Shown: positions 9,843 through 20,032 of the stretch, piece after piece
Layout: the number at the start of each line of letters is the position of its first letter
Position numbering within the stretch: the stretch's first letter is position 1
Translations under genes and position numbers: made by a program
Assembly: GCA_028276145.1 (NCBI GenBank)
Contig: JAPYWX010000003.1
Span: 1-34,832 of the forward strand
DNA length: 34,832 nucleotides
Direction: 5' to 3'
DNA from: Spirochaetota bacterium
Lineage (GTDB): Bacteria > Spirochaetota > Brevinematia > DTOW01
The notes under the pieces: model-generated
What the model saw: the letters and a program-made list of their open reading frames with translations, nothing else
Told to the model about the DNA's origin: nothing
The model's database searches: none

Positions 9843-10781
9843 TTATGCAACTCCACAAAGTTTCTTATACTTCTCGTAGTTACTGATAACATCCTGCTTA
9901 AACTTTTCAAGAAGTTCAGGATTCTTAAGCAATTTAGCAAATCTCTTTTGGGATGCTAAAAATTCTTCTATTGGCTTAAGTTGTTTTGGATTTGCTGAAC
10001 TCCACTTGTATACGCCATTTTCGTACTCGACTAACGGCCAATAACCTGTTTCAACCGCAGCCTTCGCTAAAGATACGGCATCACCAACCGGCATATTCCA
10101 ACCAGGGATACAAGGTGTCAGAGAAAGTATAAATGTAGGTCCTTCTACAGTTAACGCTTTTTGGATTTTTGTTATGAGGTCATTCCAGTGATATATGCTA
10201 ACGGTTGCTGCGTATGGTATACCATGAGCAACAGCAATTGCGAACAAATCTTTTCTTGTTTGTGTTTTTCCTGGGATTTTTTTACCAAACGGTGCAGTGG
10301 TAGTATCAGCATACAGAGGTGTAGCACTACTTCTCTGATAACCTGTATTCATGTAAGCTTCGTTATCGTAAGCAATATAAAGTATATTGTGTCCTCTCTC
10401 TAGAGCACCCGACAAACTCTGTAAACCTATATCGAAGCTAGCACCATCACCACCAATGGCAACGAATTTTACCTTTCTGTCATCTTTTATCTTTCCTTTA
10501 GCCTTAAGAGCATAATAAGCTCTTTCCACACCTGATATTGCAGCAGGAGCATTCTCAAATGCCACATGTAACCAAGGGTATTTCCAAGCACTCTCGGGAT
10601 ACACACTACTTGTAACTTCCAAACATCCTGTAGCATTAGCTATAACAACATCAACACCAGCAGTCTTCGAAGCAATAAATAGTTCTCTAACGAAAACAGC
10701 AACACCACAGCCAGCACACATTCTGTGCCCTTTAACATAAGCAGCTTCCATTCCAGCAATTTGCTTTAAATTAATAGCCAT
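9843..10781 (-). CDS. porB: Pyruvate:ferredoxin oxidoreductase beta subunit
   Basis: GHRMCAGCG, ATGCLEV, GGDG TPP-binding motif, DNEAYMNTG. Confidence 0.93.
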   Translation of the reverse strand: MAINLKQIAGMEAAYVKGHRMCAGCGVAVFVRELFIASKTAGVDVVIANATGCLEVTSSVYPESAWKYPWLHVAFENAPAAISGVERAYYALKAKGKIKDDRKVKFVAIGGDGASFDIGLQSLSGALERGHNILYIAYDNEAYMNTGYQRSSATPLYADTTTAPFGKKIPGKTQTRKDLFAIAVAHGIPYAATVSIYHWNDLITKIQKALTVEGPTFILSLTPCIPGWNMPVGDAVSLAKAAVETGYWPLVEYENGVYKWSSANPKQLKPIEEFLASQKRFAKLLKNPELLEKFKQDVISNYEKYKKLCGVA

Positions 10782-10784
10782 AAA

Positions 10785-12005
10785 CTACCTCCCTAAAAGA
10801 TTAGGATTTAATCCTACATAAACAATTTGGCCAGAGATACCTTCTTTCAAAGAATATTCTGCATGCTCGTACATCTCGTAAGCATCATCATCGGTGAAAT
10901 CTCTACCACCTAAACCATAGATGTAATCATTAACCAAAACAATTCTTTTATTAGCAAAAAGTCCTGAAGTTATGTCTTGATAAAGTGGTGAACCAGTAGT
11001 ACCTATACTAAGAGCTCTATCCATGACAGCAATGAATTTAGCCGAAGGTATCAGCTCTAAGAACTTTTCGACTACAAAAGGTCTATAGACCCTGACCTTG
11101 ATAACACCTACCTTCTTCCCTTTCTCTCTCAATTTGTCAACTACATACCTTATAGTTCCAGCAGTAGAGTTCATAACAACAAAAACTATCTCCGCATCTT
11201 CCGTTTTGTACGCCTCAAAGAAATCCATCTTTACACCTGTTTCTTTATAAAACTCTTCAAAAACTTTTTCTATTACGCCTACTGACCTATCCATAGCTTT
11301 TTTCATGTCAACTCTAAATTCAAAGTAATGAGAAGGCATTGCCCACTCACCGGCAGATATAGGATTATCAAAGTCAAGAATGTTATAAGGTGCTTTATAT
11401 TCCCCTACGAAATTCTTCACAAAAGAGTCCTCAAACACATCTACAGCCTCAACGCAGTGGCTTGTGATAAATCCATCCTGGTTGACCGCAACAGGCAAAA
11501 ATACATCTGGATGCTCACCTATTCTAAAAGCAACAATATTGTTATGATAAACCTCTTGTGGATTCTCTGAAAATAGCATTATCCATCCCAAATCTCTGAT
11601 AGCCATAGCGTCAGAGTGGTCACAATGGATGTTAAGAGGAGCTGAAATAGCTCTATTCACAATGTTCATAACAATTGGTAATCTCATCGAAGAAGCAATA
11701 GCCACTACCTCCCACATCAGAGCTAATCCTTGAGAAGATGTCGCAGTCATAGCTCTAGCGCCAGACATTGCTGCCCCAACAACTGCACTTAAAGCACTAT
11801 GCTCAGACTCAACCTGTATCATTTCAGTATTAACAAGTCCATCAGCTACAAATTGAGCGAATTCCTGAACTATCGGTGTCTGAGGAGTAATAGGATAAGC
11901 AGCAACTACATCAGGCTCAACCTGCCTCATAACCTCAGCAGCAGCTTGAGCACCTGTCAAAGCTTTCCTAACAACAGATACTTTTGATACTACACCATCA
12001 CTCAT
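10785..12005 (-). CDS. porA: Pyruvate:ferredoxin oxidoreductase alpha subunit
   Basis: AAYPITPQT, VESEHSA, TATSSQG, YGLGGRD. Confidence 0.93.
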   Translation of the reverse strand: MSDGVVSKVSVVRKALTGAQAAAEVMRQVEPDVVAAYPITPQTPIVQEFAQFVADGLVNTEMIQVESEHSALSAVVGAAMSGARAMTATSSQGLALMWEVVAIASSMRLPIVMNIVNRAISAPLNIHCDHSDAMAIRDLGWIMLFSENPQEVYHNNIVAFRIGEHPDVFLPVAVNQDGFITSHCVEAVDVFEDSFVKNFVGEYKAPYNILDFDNPISAGEWAMPSHYFEFRVDMKKAMDRSVGVIEKVFEEFYKETGVKMDFFEAYKTEDAEIVFVVMNSTAGTIRYVVDKLREKGKKVGVIKVRVYRPFVVEKFLELIPSAKFIAVMDRALSIGTTGSPLYQDITSGLFANKRIVLVNDYIYGLGGRDFTDDDAYEMYEHAEYSLKEGISGQIVYVGLNPNLLGR

Positions 12006-12015
12006 AAATACCTCC

Positions 12016-12303
12016 TTAAACCTCTGGTACCATACTTATAGCTTTTGTCGGGCAAACATTTGAACATAAAGAACAACCTTTACAATAATCATAATCAAAT
12101 CCTAACATCTGACCATCCTTAACAACTATGCTATCATCTGGACAATTTAACCAACATATCATACAATTCACGCATTTTTCCTTATTTAAAACTGGTCTAA
12201 ACGACCTCCAACCACCTGTCTTGTTTTCAAGAGAAGTACCACCTTTAGCATAGCCACCCGGATTTATAGAAAAAGATACTATCTCCTTGTCTACCTTCAA
12301 CAT
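12016..12303 (-). CDS. porD: Pyruvate:ferredoxin oxidoreductase delta subunit (2x[4Fe-4S])
   Basis: KTGGWR.FRP, CVNCMICWLNCP and CKGCSLCSNVCP. Confidence 0.93.
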   Translation of the reverse strand: MLKVDKEIVSFSINPGGYAKGGTSLENKTGGWRSFRPVLNKEKCVNCMICWLNCPDDSIVVKDGQMLGFDYDYCKGCSLCSNVCPTKAISMVPEV

Positions 12304-12305
12304 AC

Positions 12306-12890
12306 CTACCCTCCTATAATTTCACTCATTCCCTTATCAAATGCTAACAAGTTTTTATTGACCCCTTCCTCACCTAACTTCTTAATAAACTTCTTCCTTA
12401 TACTCTCTTTAACCTTCTCGGGATCTATTATACCAACTATCTTAACCGTAGCTCCCAAAAGAGGAATATTAGCAAAATTTTTACCAAAAAGGTCAAGAGC
12501 TATTTTCGTAGCGTTCACAGTGTAAACTTTCACATTACTAGGAATATTATACTTCTTCCTAACAGTATCCGGTGAATCAGAAGTATTAACAATAATACAA
12601 GAATCCTCTTTAATACCTTCCAAAACATTTTCAGCATGGAACAAACTCTCATCCATAACAACAACTACATCAGGCTTCGTTATCTGATAATGAACAGATA
12701 TTTTATCTTTGGAAATCCTACTATACGCCTTCATTGGTGCTCCAGTTCTCTCAGCACCAAACTCCGGAAATGACTGAGCATACATGCCTATGTCTATAGC
12801 AGCCTCTGCAAGAAGCTGAGCTGCTGTCTTGGCACCTTGACCAGCCCTACCGTGTATCCTTATATCATAAAACTCTTTCACCCCAACCAT
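12306..12890 (-). CDS. porC: Pyruvate:ferredoxin oxidoreductase gamma subunit
   Basis: IRIHGRAGQG and FGAERTGAP. ATG at 12890 with AGGGGG RBS. Confidence 0.92.
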   Translation of the reverse strand: MVGVKEFYDIRIHGRAGQGAKTAAQLLAEAAIDIGMYAQSFPEFGAERTGAPMKAYSRISKDKISVHYQITKPDVVVVMDESLFHAENVLEGIKEDSCIIVNTSDSPDTVRKKYNIPSNVKVYTVNATKIALDLFGKNFANIPLLGATVKIVGIIDPEKVKESIRKKFIKKLGEEGVNKNLLAFDKGMSEIIGG

Positions 12891-12908
12891 AACACCCCCT
12901 GATTTCAA

Positions 12909-12938
12909 ATTATAACAATTTTAACATTAACTAATCAA
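12909..12938 (-). promoter_or_regulatory. Sigma70-like promoter of the por operon
   Basis: TTGATT-N18-TATAAT with TG upstream of the -10. Confidence 0.55.
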
Positions 12939-13107
12939 AAACTATGAAAATAAAATAAATACTACTTAAATTGTATAATTTTAGCTTTGAAGAAAACCCG
13001 AATTCCTCCCAAATTCACTAAGCTAAACAACAATTCAAACTTCTTACCTCTTCTTTTTAGTGCTACAACACTTATTCCTTCAAACACTTTAGACTACACG
13101 AATAAAA

Positions 13108-13355
13108 ATGCACTATGAGCACAATGCACTTCAAAGCACAACACGCTACTAAGTACTAAATAATGACTCTTTCTCTACTTCTTAGAACGCCTGAAGTAAT
13201 ATTAAAAAGGCTATCAACTTTAAAACTCTAAGGGAGGCTATCGCCTCCCCTAACTCTATAAGTATCATCAAAAATCAAGTTTTACTAACAAAAAGTGTTA
13301 TAAACACAGTGTGTTATAAACACTTTGTGTTATAAACACTCTGTGTTATAAACAC
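13108..13355. repeat. Degenerate A units, hairpin and perfect B-type array
   Basis: agggaggc-tatc-gcctccc hairpin at about 13231-13249. Four identical GTGTTATAAACAC at 13295, 13311, 13327, 13343 (16-bp period). Confidence 0.9.
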
Positions 13356-13360
13356 TCAAA

Positions 13361-14251
13361 CTAGAAAGTAAAGACTAAGAATTCAAATAACTTGACAGTG
13401 AAGTAAAAGCCAACCTTTATGATAATCGCTAATGCTACTCCACCCACGATAATGTAGAGAGGCATAAGTACCGAACTTTTCCTCATTCGCCACATCCAAC
13501 CAAAAGTTATACTGAATAGCATGAAAATAAAACCTATTGTAGGCATAAATATTTTCTCATAAAGAACAAGGTTTATAGGTGATGGTTTTATTTCAAAAAC
13601 AGTAAATGAGTCCCTAACTACTGGGAACTCCCAAATACTCATGAAATTTTCTTTCGAAATGTAAAACAGAAGAACTTTCTCAAGGTCACCGTCAAGTTTG
13701 TAACTCTTCTTACCTAAAATTAGTTCTCTAGTCCCCAGTATGTAAGAAGCAACAGCAAAAAATTCTTTTTTTGAAAAGCTACTCTTATCCACAAGATAAA
13801 CATTTCTTAAAATTATGTTTTTAGACTTACTGTCACACTGAGCTTTACCTATCATAAGGTAATTTCTCTTATCAAATCCTACAATGATATCTTTCAGCCC
13901 TTCATTATAAAATCTCTGTTTTACCAATGTAGGCATTACCAATTCTTGTAGGGCAACAATAGCAAGCAGAACAAATATTGTTAGCAAGACCGAAGGCACA
14001 AATAATCCTGCCGGTGAACTTGAAGAAAGCGAAGACAGCCTATTATCTGGGAGCATGAAAGTATAAACAACAAATACAGCAACACTGCCTGCTACCGGAA
14101 GCTCTAAAACGATTATCCTCAACAAATTAAAAATCCTATTTTTCTCATCACTCAACGAGTTAGTTACTAAACCAGTGAATATAACAAGAACGACAAGAGC
14201 TATTATGAAGGAAATGATTACTCTACTACTAACATAGCTTTGAGGTTTCAT
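13361..14251 (-). CDS. Membrane protein, LptF/LptG-like topology
   Basis: Three N-terminal TM segments, 'QELVMP' after TM3, a beta-rich soluble region, C-terminal TMs. ATGA overlap with the upstream gene. Confidence 0.5.
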   Translation of the reverse strand: MKPQSYVSSRVIISFIIALVVLVIFTGLVTNSLSDEKNRIFNLLRIIVLELPVAGSVAVFVVYTFMLPDNRLSSLSSSSPAGLFVPSVLLTIFVLLAIVALQELVMPTLVKQRFYNEGLKDIIVGFDKRNYLMIGKAQCDSKSKNIILRNVYLVDKSSFSKKEFFAVASYILGTRELILGKKSYKLDGDLEKVLLFYISKENFMSIWEFPVVRDSFTVFEIKPSPINLVLYEKIFMPTIGFIFMLFSITFGWMWRMRKSSVLMPLYIIVGGVALAIIIKVGFYFTVKLFEFLVFTF

Positions 14252-15276
14252 ACGCCTACTTTCCCCTTAAGAATAGAGTTTACTTTGCTCGCAGCAATAA
14301 CAATAAGTACACTCAAGAAGAAAGCCATTATACCAGATATCACCTCATTAACTCCCTTGAGCAACGAATTTGAAGCCATAAACTCAAATATGCTCCCAAA
14401 GAAACCTACTAGCGTCGCCCCTAATACCGCCCAAAGAAGAGAAAGTAATATTACCTTCGTTTTTGATTCATCTTTGAAAATCCAAGCTAAATATATTATA
14501 ACTAGCGATAAAGCTTGTGAATAAAGCATAAGGTTAATAAATCCTAAAATATTCATTTTCCTTATGTAATCCAATATTGAGAATTGCGAAGATATCTTCA
14601 AAGAAGCTCTAAAGAGCTTCTCATAAGGCAATCCATAACTACTCGGAACAATCTTTTCATAAGGTATCACAAATATTACTTTATTGTCAGATTTTAGCTT
14701 AATACCCTCGTCAACAACAGAAATTTTTGTAGTATAAAGCTGAACACTTTGGTTTTTTACTGTCGCTATTCTAACCCCACCTTTATATACATTAATAGGT
14801 ATTATTGCTTGACCCTCAACTACATGAATTTTATTTGGTACAAAAATCATACTAGGGTTTGCCTGAGAAGTTGAGAATTTTCTTATAGAGTCTCTAACTA
14901 ACTTGTCTACCGTAGGTTTGAAAATAAGAGATACAAAAAATATTATGTACACAACTAAGCCCAAAACCACTGAAAACTTTATAACATCACCAGAAAGCTT
15001 ATACCTAAACAAACTATACCCAGTCACAAAGAGAGAGAAAATAACTATAAAAGGCACAACATTTAACATATTATTCAGTCCATATATCACAACTACATCC
15101 CAAAAAGTCGGTTTTTCCAAGATGTAAGTCGCTTTTATTACATCGTTTATTCCATAGAAAAACGAAAAACAAAGAAAAACTAAGAAAAACCACAGAAAAG
15201 TGAGTATGAATTTCACAGAATTCGAAAGATAATCAATAATCTCCCTAGGAGATATATTCAATTCCAACTTCACCAT
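14248..15276 (-). CDS. Membrane protein, LptF/LptG-like topology
   Basis: 3 TM + soluble domain + 3 TM. ATG at 15276 is more likely than TTG at 15336. Confidence 0.45.
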   Translation of the reverse strand: MVKLELNISPREIIDYLSNSVKFILTFLWFFLVFLCFSFFYGINDVIKATYILEKPTFWDVVVIYGLNNMLNVVPFIVIFSLFVTGYSLFRYKLSGDVIKFSVVLGLVVYIIFFVSLIFKPTVDKLVRDSIRKFSTSQANPSMIFVPNKIHVVEGQAIIPINVYKGGVRIATVKNQSVQLYTTKISVVDEGIKLKSDNKVIFVIPYEKIVPSSYGLPYEKLFRASLKISSQFSILDYIRKMNILGFINLMLYSQALSLVIIYLAWIFKDESKTKVILLSLLWAVLGATLVGFFGSIFEFMASNSLLKGVNEVISGIMAFFLSVLIVIAASKVNSILKGKVGV

Positions 15277-15356
15277 ACATGTATAATTATCGTTAACTAA
15301 ACCATCAAAAATAAAGTAACATTGTAAAAAATTCAAGAGCCTACGGCTCTTTTTTA

Positions 15357-15836
15357 TTAAGTGCTTTGAGCACTTAACAAAAAGTATTATTTAGCACACT
15401 ATTTTAAGTAGTCCCATTTACTTCTTTAATCGTAGAAAGCTTTGACCTCTTCTCACTCTCCATCTCCAAAGCATGAAAAGAGTTTATTAACTTAACAGTT
15501 AAGTGCTACTAGCACGCTACTATTAGTAATCCCCATCACCCACCCTATTTAATTGTCAAGAGTTTTCACCTCTCAACACTCCTCTACCGAAACATGAAAA
15601 TAAAAGAAGTGCAATCTAGAACCCATCCACTCTGCTTTATTGCTGTAAACGAGTTTTCCAACACCTTTTACTTATCAAAAAGGCTATTAAGCAAATGAGC
15701 TTTAAGGTACTTAGAACACTAAATAAAAGAGGTGCTTTAAGCACAGGTACTACATAGCACAAGTGCTACACAACACAAGTGCCACATAGCACAGGTATTT
15801 AGAAAATATAATTTTTCGGGAGGCGGAGCCTCCCGG
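15357..15836. repeat. Large mosaic repeat block with several degenerate cores
   Basis: A palindromes at 15361, 15503, 15732, 15747, 15763, 15779. Cores near 15411, 15530, 15622. cgggaggc-gga-gcctcccg at 15817-15835. Confidence 0.8.
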
Positions 15837-15850
15837 TAGAAAATCAATAT

Positions 15851-18430
15851 CTATGAACACTTTGTATAGCCACAATTCTTACATACAAAGCATCCATTTT
15901 CATTAACTAATGCCTTCTCACCACAGCTAGGACATTTCTCCATTTTGGCATTTTCAACTTTTAATTTAACAGCCTGAACTTGATTTTCACTCGATTTATC
16001 AGCAAGCGAAAATGTTCCATTGCCGTTATTAGTACCGTGGGCGTGATCAACAGAATCAGTAATATCATCTCTTTCCTGCTTTTTGTGAGTTGTTTTTTCT
16101 GAAACTTTGATATCTTCTTTGTACTGCCCTTTGTATATTATCATAAGTGCCTTAGAAACAGCATCAGGTATGGAATGTAATGCTATTCCCTGGTCCCAAA
16201 AAGTCTCACTTCCTTTTATCCCTTCTAACTGCTCTATAACAGTCTCTATATCCCCCCCATTCTGGAGATATATACTTATCAGCCTACCAATTGCTTCAGC
16301 ATCTGCCTTCTCATCACCACCACTCTTACCTATGTTTATAAAAACTTCTTTTATCTGATTATTCTCATCTTTGTTCACTGTAACATAAAGGCTTCCTTGA
16401 GGCAACCTAAACTTTACAGTCTCACCAACCATTATTCTAGGTCTCTTAAAGGAAGGCTTAGCCTCTTCTTTCTTTTCGCTAGCTTTTTGCTCAGTTATCA
16501 ACACTCCTTCCCTACTGCCTTCCCTGTAAACTGTTATACCTTTACACTTTAGTTTCCAACTATAGAAGTATATATCACTTATTGTTTTCTCAGTTGTATC
16601 GCTCGGCAAGTTAACTGTACTACTAATACTATGGTCTATATGCTTCTGTATTGTTGCCTGCATTTTAACCCTGAAATAAGGGTCAATCTCATGAGCCGTA
16701 ACAAAGAAGTCAGGTAACTCCTCCTCACTCTTGATTCCGTACTTCTCCATATACCTCTTAACAAGAGGATGATAAACCTTAAAGAACTCCTTACTTAAGC
16801 TTTCACTTCTTCTAACATACGATAGAGCAAACACAGGTTCTATACCACTAGTCACTCCTGCCAAAAGTGCACCACTACCAACAGGGGGAACCGTAAGCAG
16901 CGCTACATTTCTAAGCCCATACTCTTTTATCCTCTCTTGAACCTCTTTATCTAACTTCTTTATGAATGGGCTTTTTAAGTGTTTCCTTGGATCAAACGCT
17001 GGAAACTTACCTTTTTCTATAGCTAAGTTAACACTTTCATCATATGCAATGTTCTTTATTCTATCAAAAAGCTCATCAACAAAATCTATAGCTTCATCAG
17101 AATCGTATTTTATCTGCATCTTTATAAGCATATCGCCAAGCCCAGTAAATCCAACTCCAATTCTTCTAGATCTCATTGATGCTTCACTTTGTTCCTTCAA
17201 AGGATGTCTATCCCTGTTATAATCCAAGACATTATCCAAAAACCTTACAGTATACCTTACTGCCTTTTCTAAGTTTTCCCAGTCCACCTCTGCATTATTC
17301 GTAAACTCATTCAAAACAAACCTCTCAAGGTTTATATTCCCAAGACAGCAATCACCATAAGGCTCAAGAGGTATCTCACTACAAGGATTAGTAGTAAGAA
17401 CATACATATCATCATATTCACTAGTTGAGTTCTTCTTCATCGTTGAGATAAATATCACGCCAGGCTCAGCTGAAGCCCAAGCATTGTGTATTATCTTATT
17501 CCATATATCTTTAGCCTTGACTACCTTGTAAACTTTCCTCTTCCTTATTTCATTTTTGTTAGTAACATAGAAGTAAACTTTAGGTGTAGGTGTATGAAGC
17601 CACATGTCATAGAAACTTCTCTTTGCTAAATCTATAGCAACAAAATCTTCTCTACCTTGCAACTTAGAAAGAACCTCATTAATATCACTTGTACCAAACT
17701 CCTTAATAAGGTCACTTTCTCTCATTATATCAGGATACCAAAGTTCCCAATCATCATCGTTCAATACAGCATTCATGAACTCATCAGTTATTTGAACTGA
17801 AATATTAGCATATCTAACCTTCATTCTAAGTGGGTCATTCTTTATTGTAATGAATTCCTCAACATCAGGATGTTGACAATTAATGGTTATCATTAGTGCT
17901 CCTCTCCTACCACTTTGCCCTATTGTACCAGTAGTCAAGGAGTATAGGTCCATGAAAGAGACAGCACCTGTTGAGGTGTAGGCTGCGTTATTGACTGGCG
18001 AACCTTTAGGCCTCAATACCGAAATGTCTATACCAACACCACCACCAAAGGAATATGTTCTAGCCATTTCCTTCATAGTTTCATATATATCTTCTATGCT
18101 ATCCCCTTTTATAGGCAGGACATAACAATTAAGCAAGGTTGCCTTTCTTTGCTCCTGCCCAGCTCCAAACATTATTCTACCACCGGGAACCATCCTAAAG
18201 TCCTCTAAAAGCCAATAAAACTTCTCATACCACTCCTGCTTTTTCTCCTCCGTTTGCTCAACACTAGATATAGCCCTTGCTACTCTTCTCCACATCTCAG
18301 GTGGAGTTCTTTCTATAATATTTCCATTATAGTCCCTTAAAGCGTACTTCTCTAGAAAAACTCTAGCTCTAAGCTCATCATTTTCAAACCATTCCAAAGT
18401 TTCCTTTGGTAAATCAAGAAGTTTACTCAT
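15851..18430 (-). CDS. nrdJ: Adenosylcobalamin-dependent (class II) ribonucleotide reductase with C-terminal TSCPD/Zn-ribbon
   Basis: PGGRI, NCYV, TNPCSEIPL, CCLGNINL, GIEP, KGITVYR, CPSC..C..C..C C-terminus. No adjacent beta subunit. ATG at 18430 after a G-rich RBS. Confidence 0.88.
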   Translation of the reverse strand: MSKLLDLPKETLEWFENDELRARVFLEKYALRDYNGNIIERTPPEMWRRVARAISSVEQTEEKKQEWYEKFYWLLEDFRMVPGGRIMFGAGQEQRKATLLNCYVLPIKGDSIEDIYETMKEMARTYSFGGGVGIDISVLRPKGSPVNNAAYTSTGAVSFMDLYSLTTGTIGQSGRRGALMITINCQHPDVEEFITIKNDPLRMKVRYANISVQITDEFMNAVLNDDDWELWYPDIMRESDLIKEFGTSDINEVLSKLQGREDFVAIDLAKRSFYDMWLHTPTPKVYFYVTNKNEIRKRKVYKVVKAKDIWNKIIHNAWASAEPGVIFISTMKKNSTSEYDDMYVLTTNPCSEIPLEPYGDCCLGNINLERFVLNEFTNNAEVDWENLEKAVRYTVRFLDNVLDYNRDRHPLKEQSEASMRSRRIGVGFTGLGDMLIKMQIKYDSDEAIDFVDELFDRIKNIAYDESVNLAIEKGKFPAFDPRKHLKSPFIKKLDKEVQERIKEYGLRNVALLTVPPVGSGALLAGVTSGIEPVFALSYVRRSESLSKEFFKVYHPLVKRYMEKYGIKSEEELPDFFVTAHEIDPYFRVKMQATIQKHIDHSISSTVNLPSDTTEKTISDIYFYSWKLKCKGITVYREGSREGVLITEQKASEKKEEAKPSFKRPRIMVGETVKFRLPQGSLYVTVNKDENNQIKEVFINIGKSGGDEKADAEAIGRLISIYLQNGGDIETVIEQLEGIKGSETFWDQGIALHSIPDAVSKALMIIYKGQYKEDIKVSEKTTHKKQERDDITDSVDHAHGTNNGNGTFSLADKSSENQVQAVKLKVENAKMEKCPSCGEKALVNENGCFVCKNCGYTKCS

Positions 18431-18531
18431 ATACCCCCCCACTTACATTTTGTAATTATTAAACCATTTTTCAAAAAAAATCAAGAACAAAAAAATCCGG
18501 GTAGAATCCGAGACATTACCTAATCAACTTC

Positions 18532-19137
18532 TTAATTTGAAATAGCAATTAGCTTCAGGTCAACCAATCTACCCTCAACAGAAACATTTGTAAACTTACC
18601 AATTCCAACACCTTTTAAGAAGAATCTGTCAATTAATGTCAAATCTGAAACCCTTTTCACTTTTACCCAGCTATTCCCGTAAACATATCCACTGGTAAAA
18701 TTCGTAAGAGAAATGCTTTTTATCTCTCCACCATAATATATATTAACATTACCGCTTAAATCTCCTCTAGACAAACTCCAAACAAAAGATGATACATCAA
18801 AAACCTTTCGTGTGCCATCGTTTGTAAAAGATAATTCATTAGTTAATTCGCTGTAATAGAAGCTTATATGTGAGAAATTCAAACTCCCAGATTTATCAAA
18901 TGATGAAATTTGAAATGAATGAATATCCAAATAAGGCGGAACACCCCTTAGAGATTTCGTTACTACTTCAGACTTAATAATACCTTCTTTAAGCATCTCG
19001 TAATCATATTTAATCAAAGCCTGATACCTATATTTTGAATCCACTATGAAGTCATAAGTTACCAGCAGTATATAATTTTCTGCAAAAGCAAAAGAAGAAA
19101 CCAAAAACAAAAGAAGTAAAAGTAATTTCCTTAGCAT
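18532..19137 (-). CDS. Hypothetical exported protein
   Basis: Signal peptide MLRKLLLLLLFLVSSFAFA. Beta-rich sequence. Confidence 0.7.
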   Translation of the reverse strand: MLRKLLLLLLFLVSSFAFAENYILLVTYDFIVDSKYRYQALIKYDYEMLKEGIIKSEVVTKSLRGVPPYLDIHSFQISSFDKSGSLNFSHISFYYSELTNELSFTNDGTRKVFDVSSFVWSLSRGDLSGNVNIYYGGEIKSISLTNFTSGYVYGNSWVKVKRVSDLTLIDRFFLKGVGIGKFTNVSVEGRLVDLKLIAISN

Positions 19138-19174
19138 GCTAATATTTTCGTATTATGTAGAGAAATTTGAAGTT

Positions 19175-20032
19175 CTAGAATCTTTCAAAGAACAAGGTCA
19201 GTGAGGCATAAGTCGCTTTGTCAGTTGAGTAGATTCTAAAAATTGTTTCTATATCCCTTGATTTCATATCATCAGTAAAGAACTTAATAAAATAAAGTCC
19301 TAACCCTGCCCCAAGCTTGTCTTCTTCAAAAGACTCCTCTGAAAAGCCATCAACTATAGTAGTTATATCAGCTGTAGCTTTCTCCCTAAGTAACTTAGCT
19401 TGTTCAGGAGTCAATAGTGTATTGTTTGAAACCTCAACTTTGAATATCTCCTTTGAAAACTTCCACGAAATGGTTACCCACTTGTCTCGTATAACACAAA
19501 GATGAGCTATCTCTTTTCTGTGTTTTGTAACAAATTCAACTTGACTCAGAGGAGTATCTAATTTCTCAGATTCAATAACATTTGTAAAGTTAGCCTTCTC
19601 AGCATTATCAACAAGCTCCATTATAACATTATTAATATGCACAATATCAGTTTTACCTATAAAATCAAGAATTCTATTCGTTATGTACTCTATCAAAACT
19701 CTCTGGTCGTGTGGAGCATACAATTTAAGACTTATACCCTTTGTATAAATCAAAAGCTTTTCTAAGTCTAAAAGAGTCTTTAATGCCTTCTCAGATAGAT
19801 TTATATAAAGATTCGGCAAATTTGAAGGGTCATACTGCCCCCTCTTATCAGGGGGCAGTATATTGTTAAATTTTATAAAACCTAGCTTATTGAGAACAAT
19901 GCTCAGCGTGTCCTTAGGTGTACAAAGTTTCAGCGCTCTAATCAAATCCTCTTCACTAACCCTACTCAACTCCATTAGGTTATCATAAATGAAATAAGCT
20001 CCAACATCAACAATTTTAGAACTTAACTTCAA
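19175..20032 (-). CDS. Protein with C-terminal histidine-kinase-like ATPase (GHKL/anti-sigma kinase-like) domain
   Basis: N-box-like MELVDNAEKAN and G2-like GAGLGLYFI. No H-box seen. Confidence 0.6.
   Translation of the reverse strand: MKLSSKIVDVGAYFIYDNLMELSRVSEEDLIRALKLCTPKDTLSIVLNKLGFIKFNNILPPDKRGQYDPSNLPNLYINLSEKALKTLLDLEKLLIYTKGISLKLYAPHDQRVLIEYITNRILDFIGKTDIVHINNVIMELVDNAEKANFTNVIESEKLDTPLSQVEFVTKHRKEIAHLCVIRDKWVTISWKFSKEIFKVEVSNNTLLTPEQAKLLREKATADITTIVDGFSEESFEEDKLGAGLGLYFIKFFTDDMKSRDIETIFRIYSTDKATYASLTLFFERF

Noticed and set aside
13295-13355. Tandem palindromes as a CRISPR array
   Set aside because: Units are 13-14 bp with 2-3 nt linkers. There are no 25-45 nt unique spacers and no cas genes.
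17530-17740. Intein or other insertion in nrdJ
   Set aside because: The extra segment after 'WELWYP' is short, lies in a length-variable region, and lacks intein Cys/Ser...His-Asn ends or endonuclease motifs.
18431-18530. NrdR boxes upstream of nrdJ
   Set aside because: No convincing tandem match to the NrdR consensus by eye.
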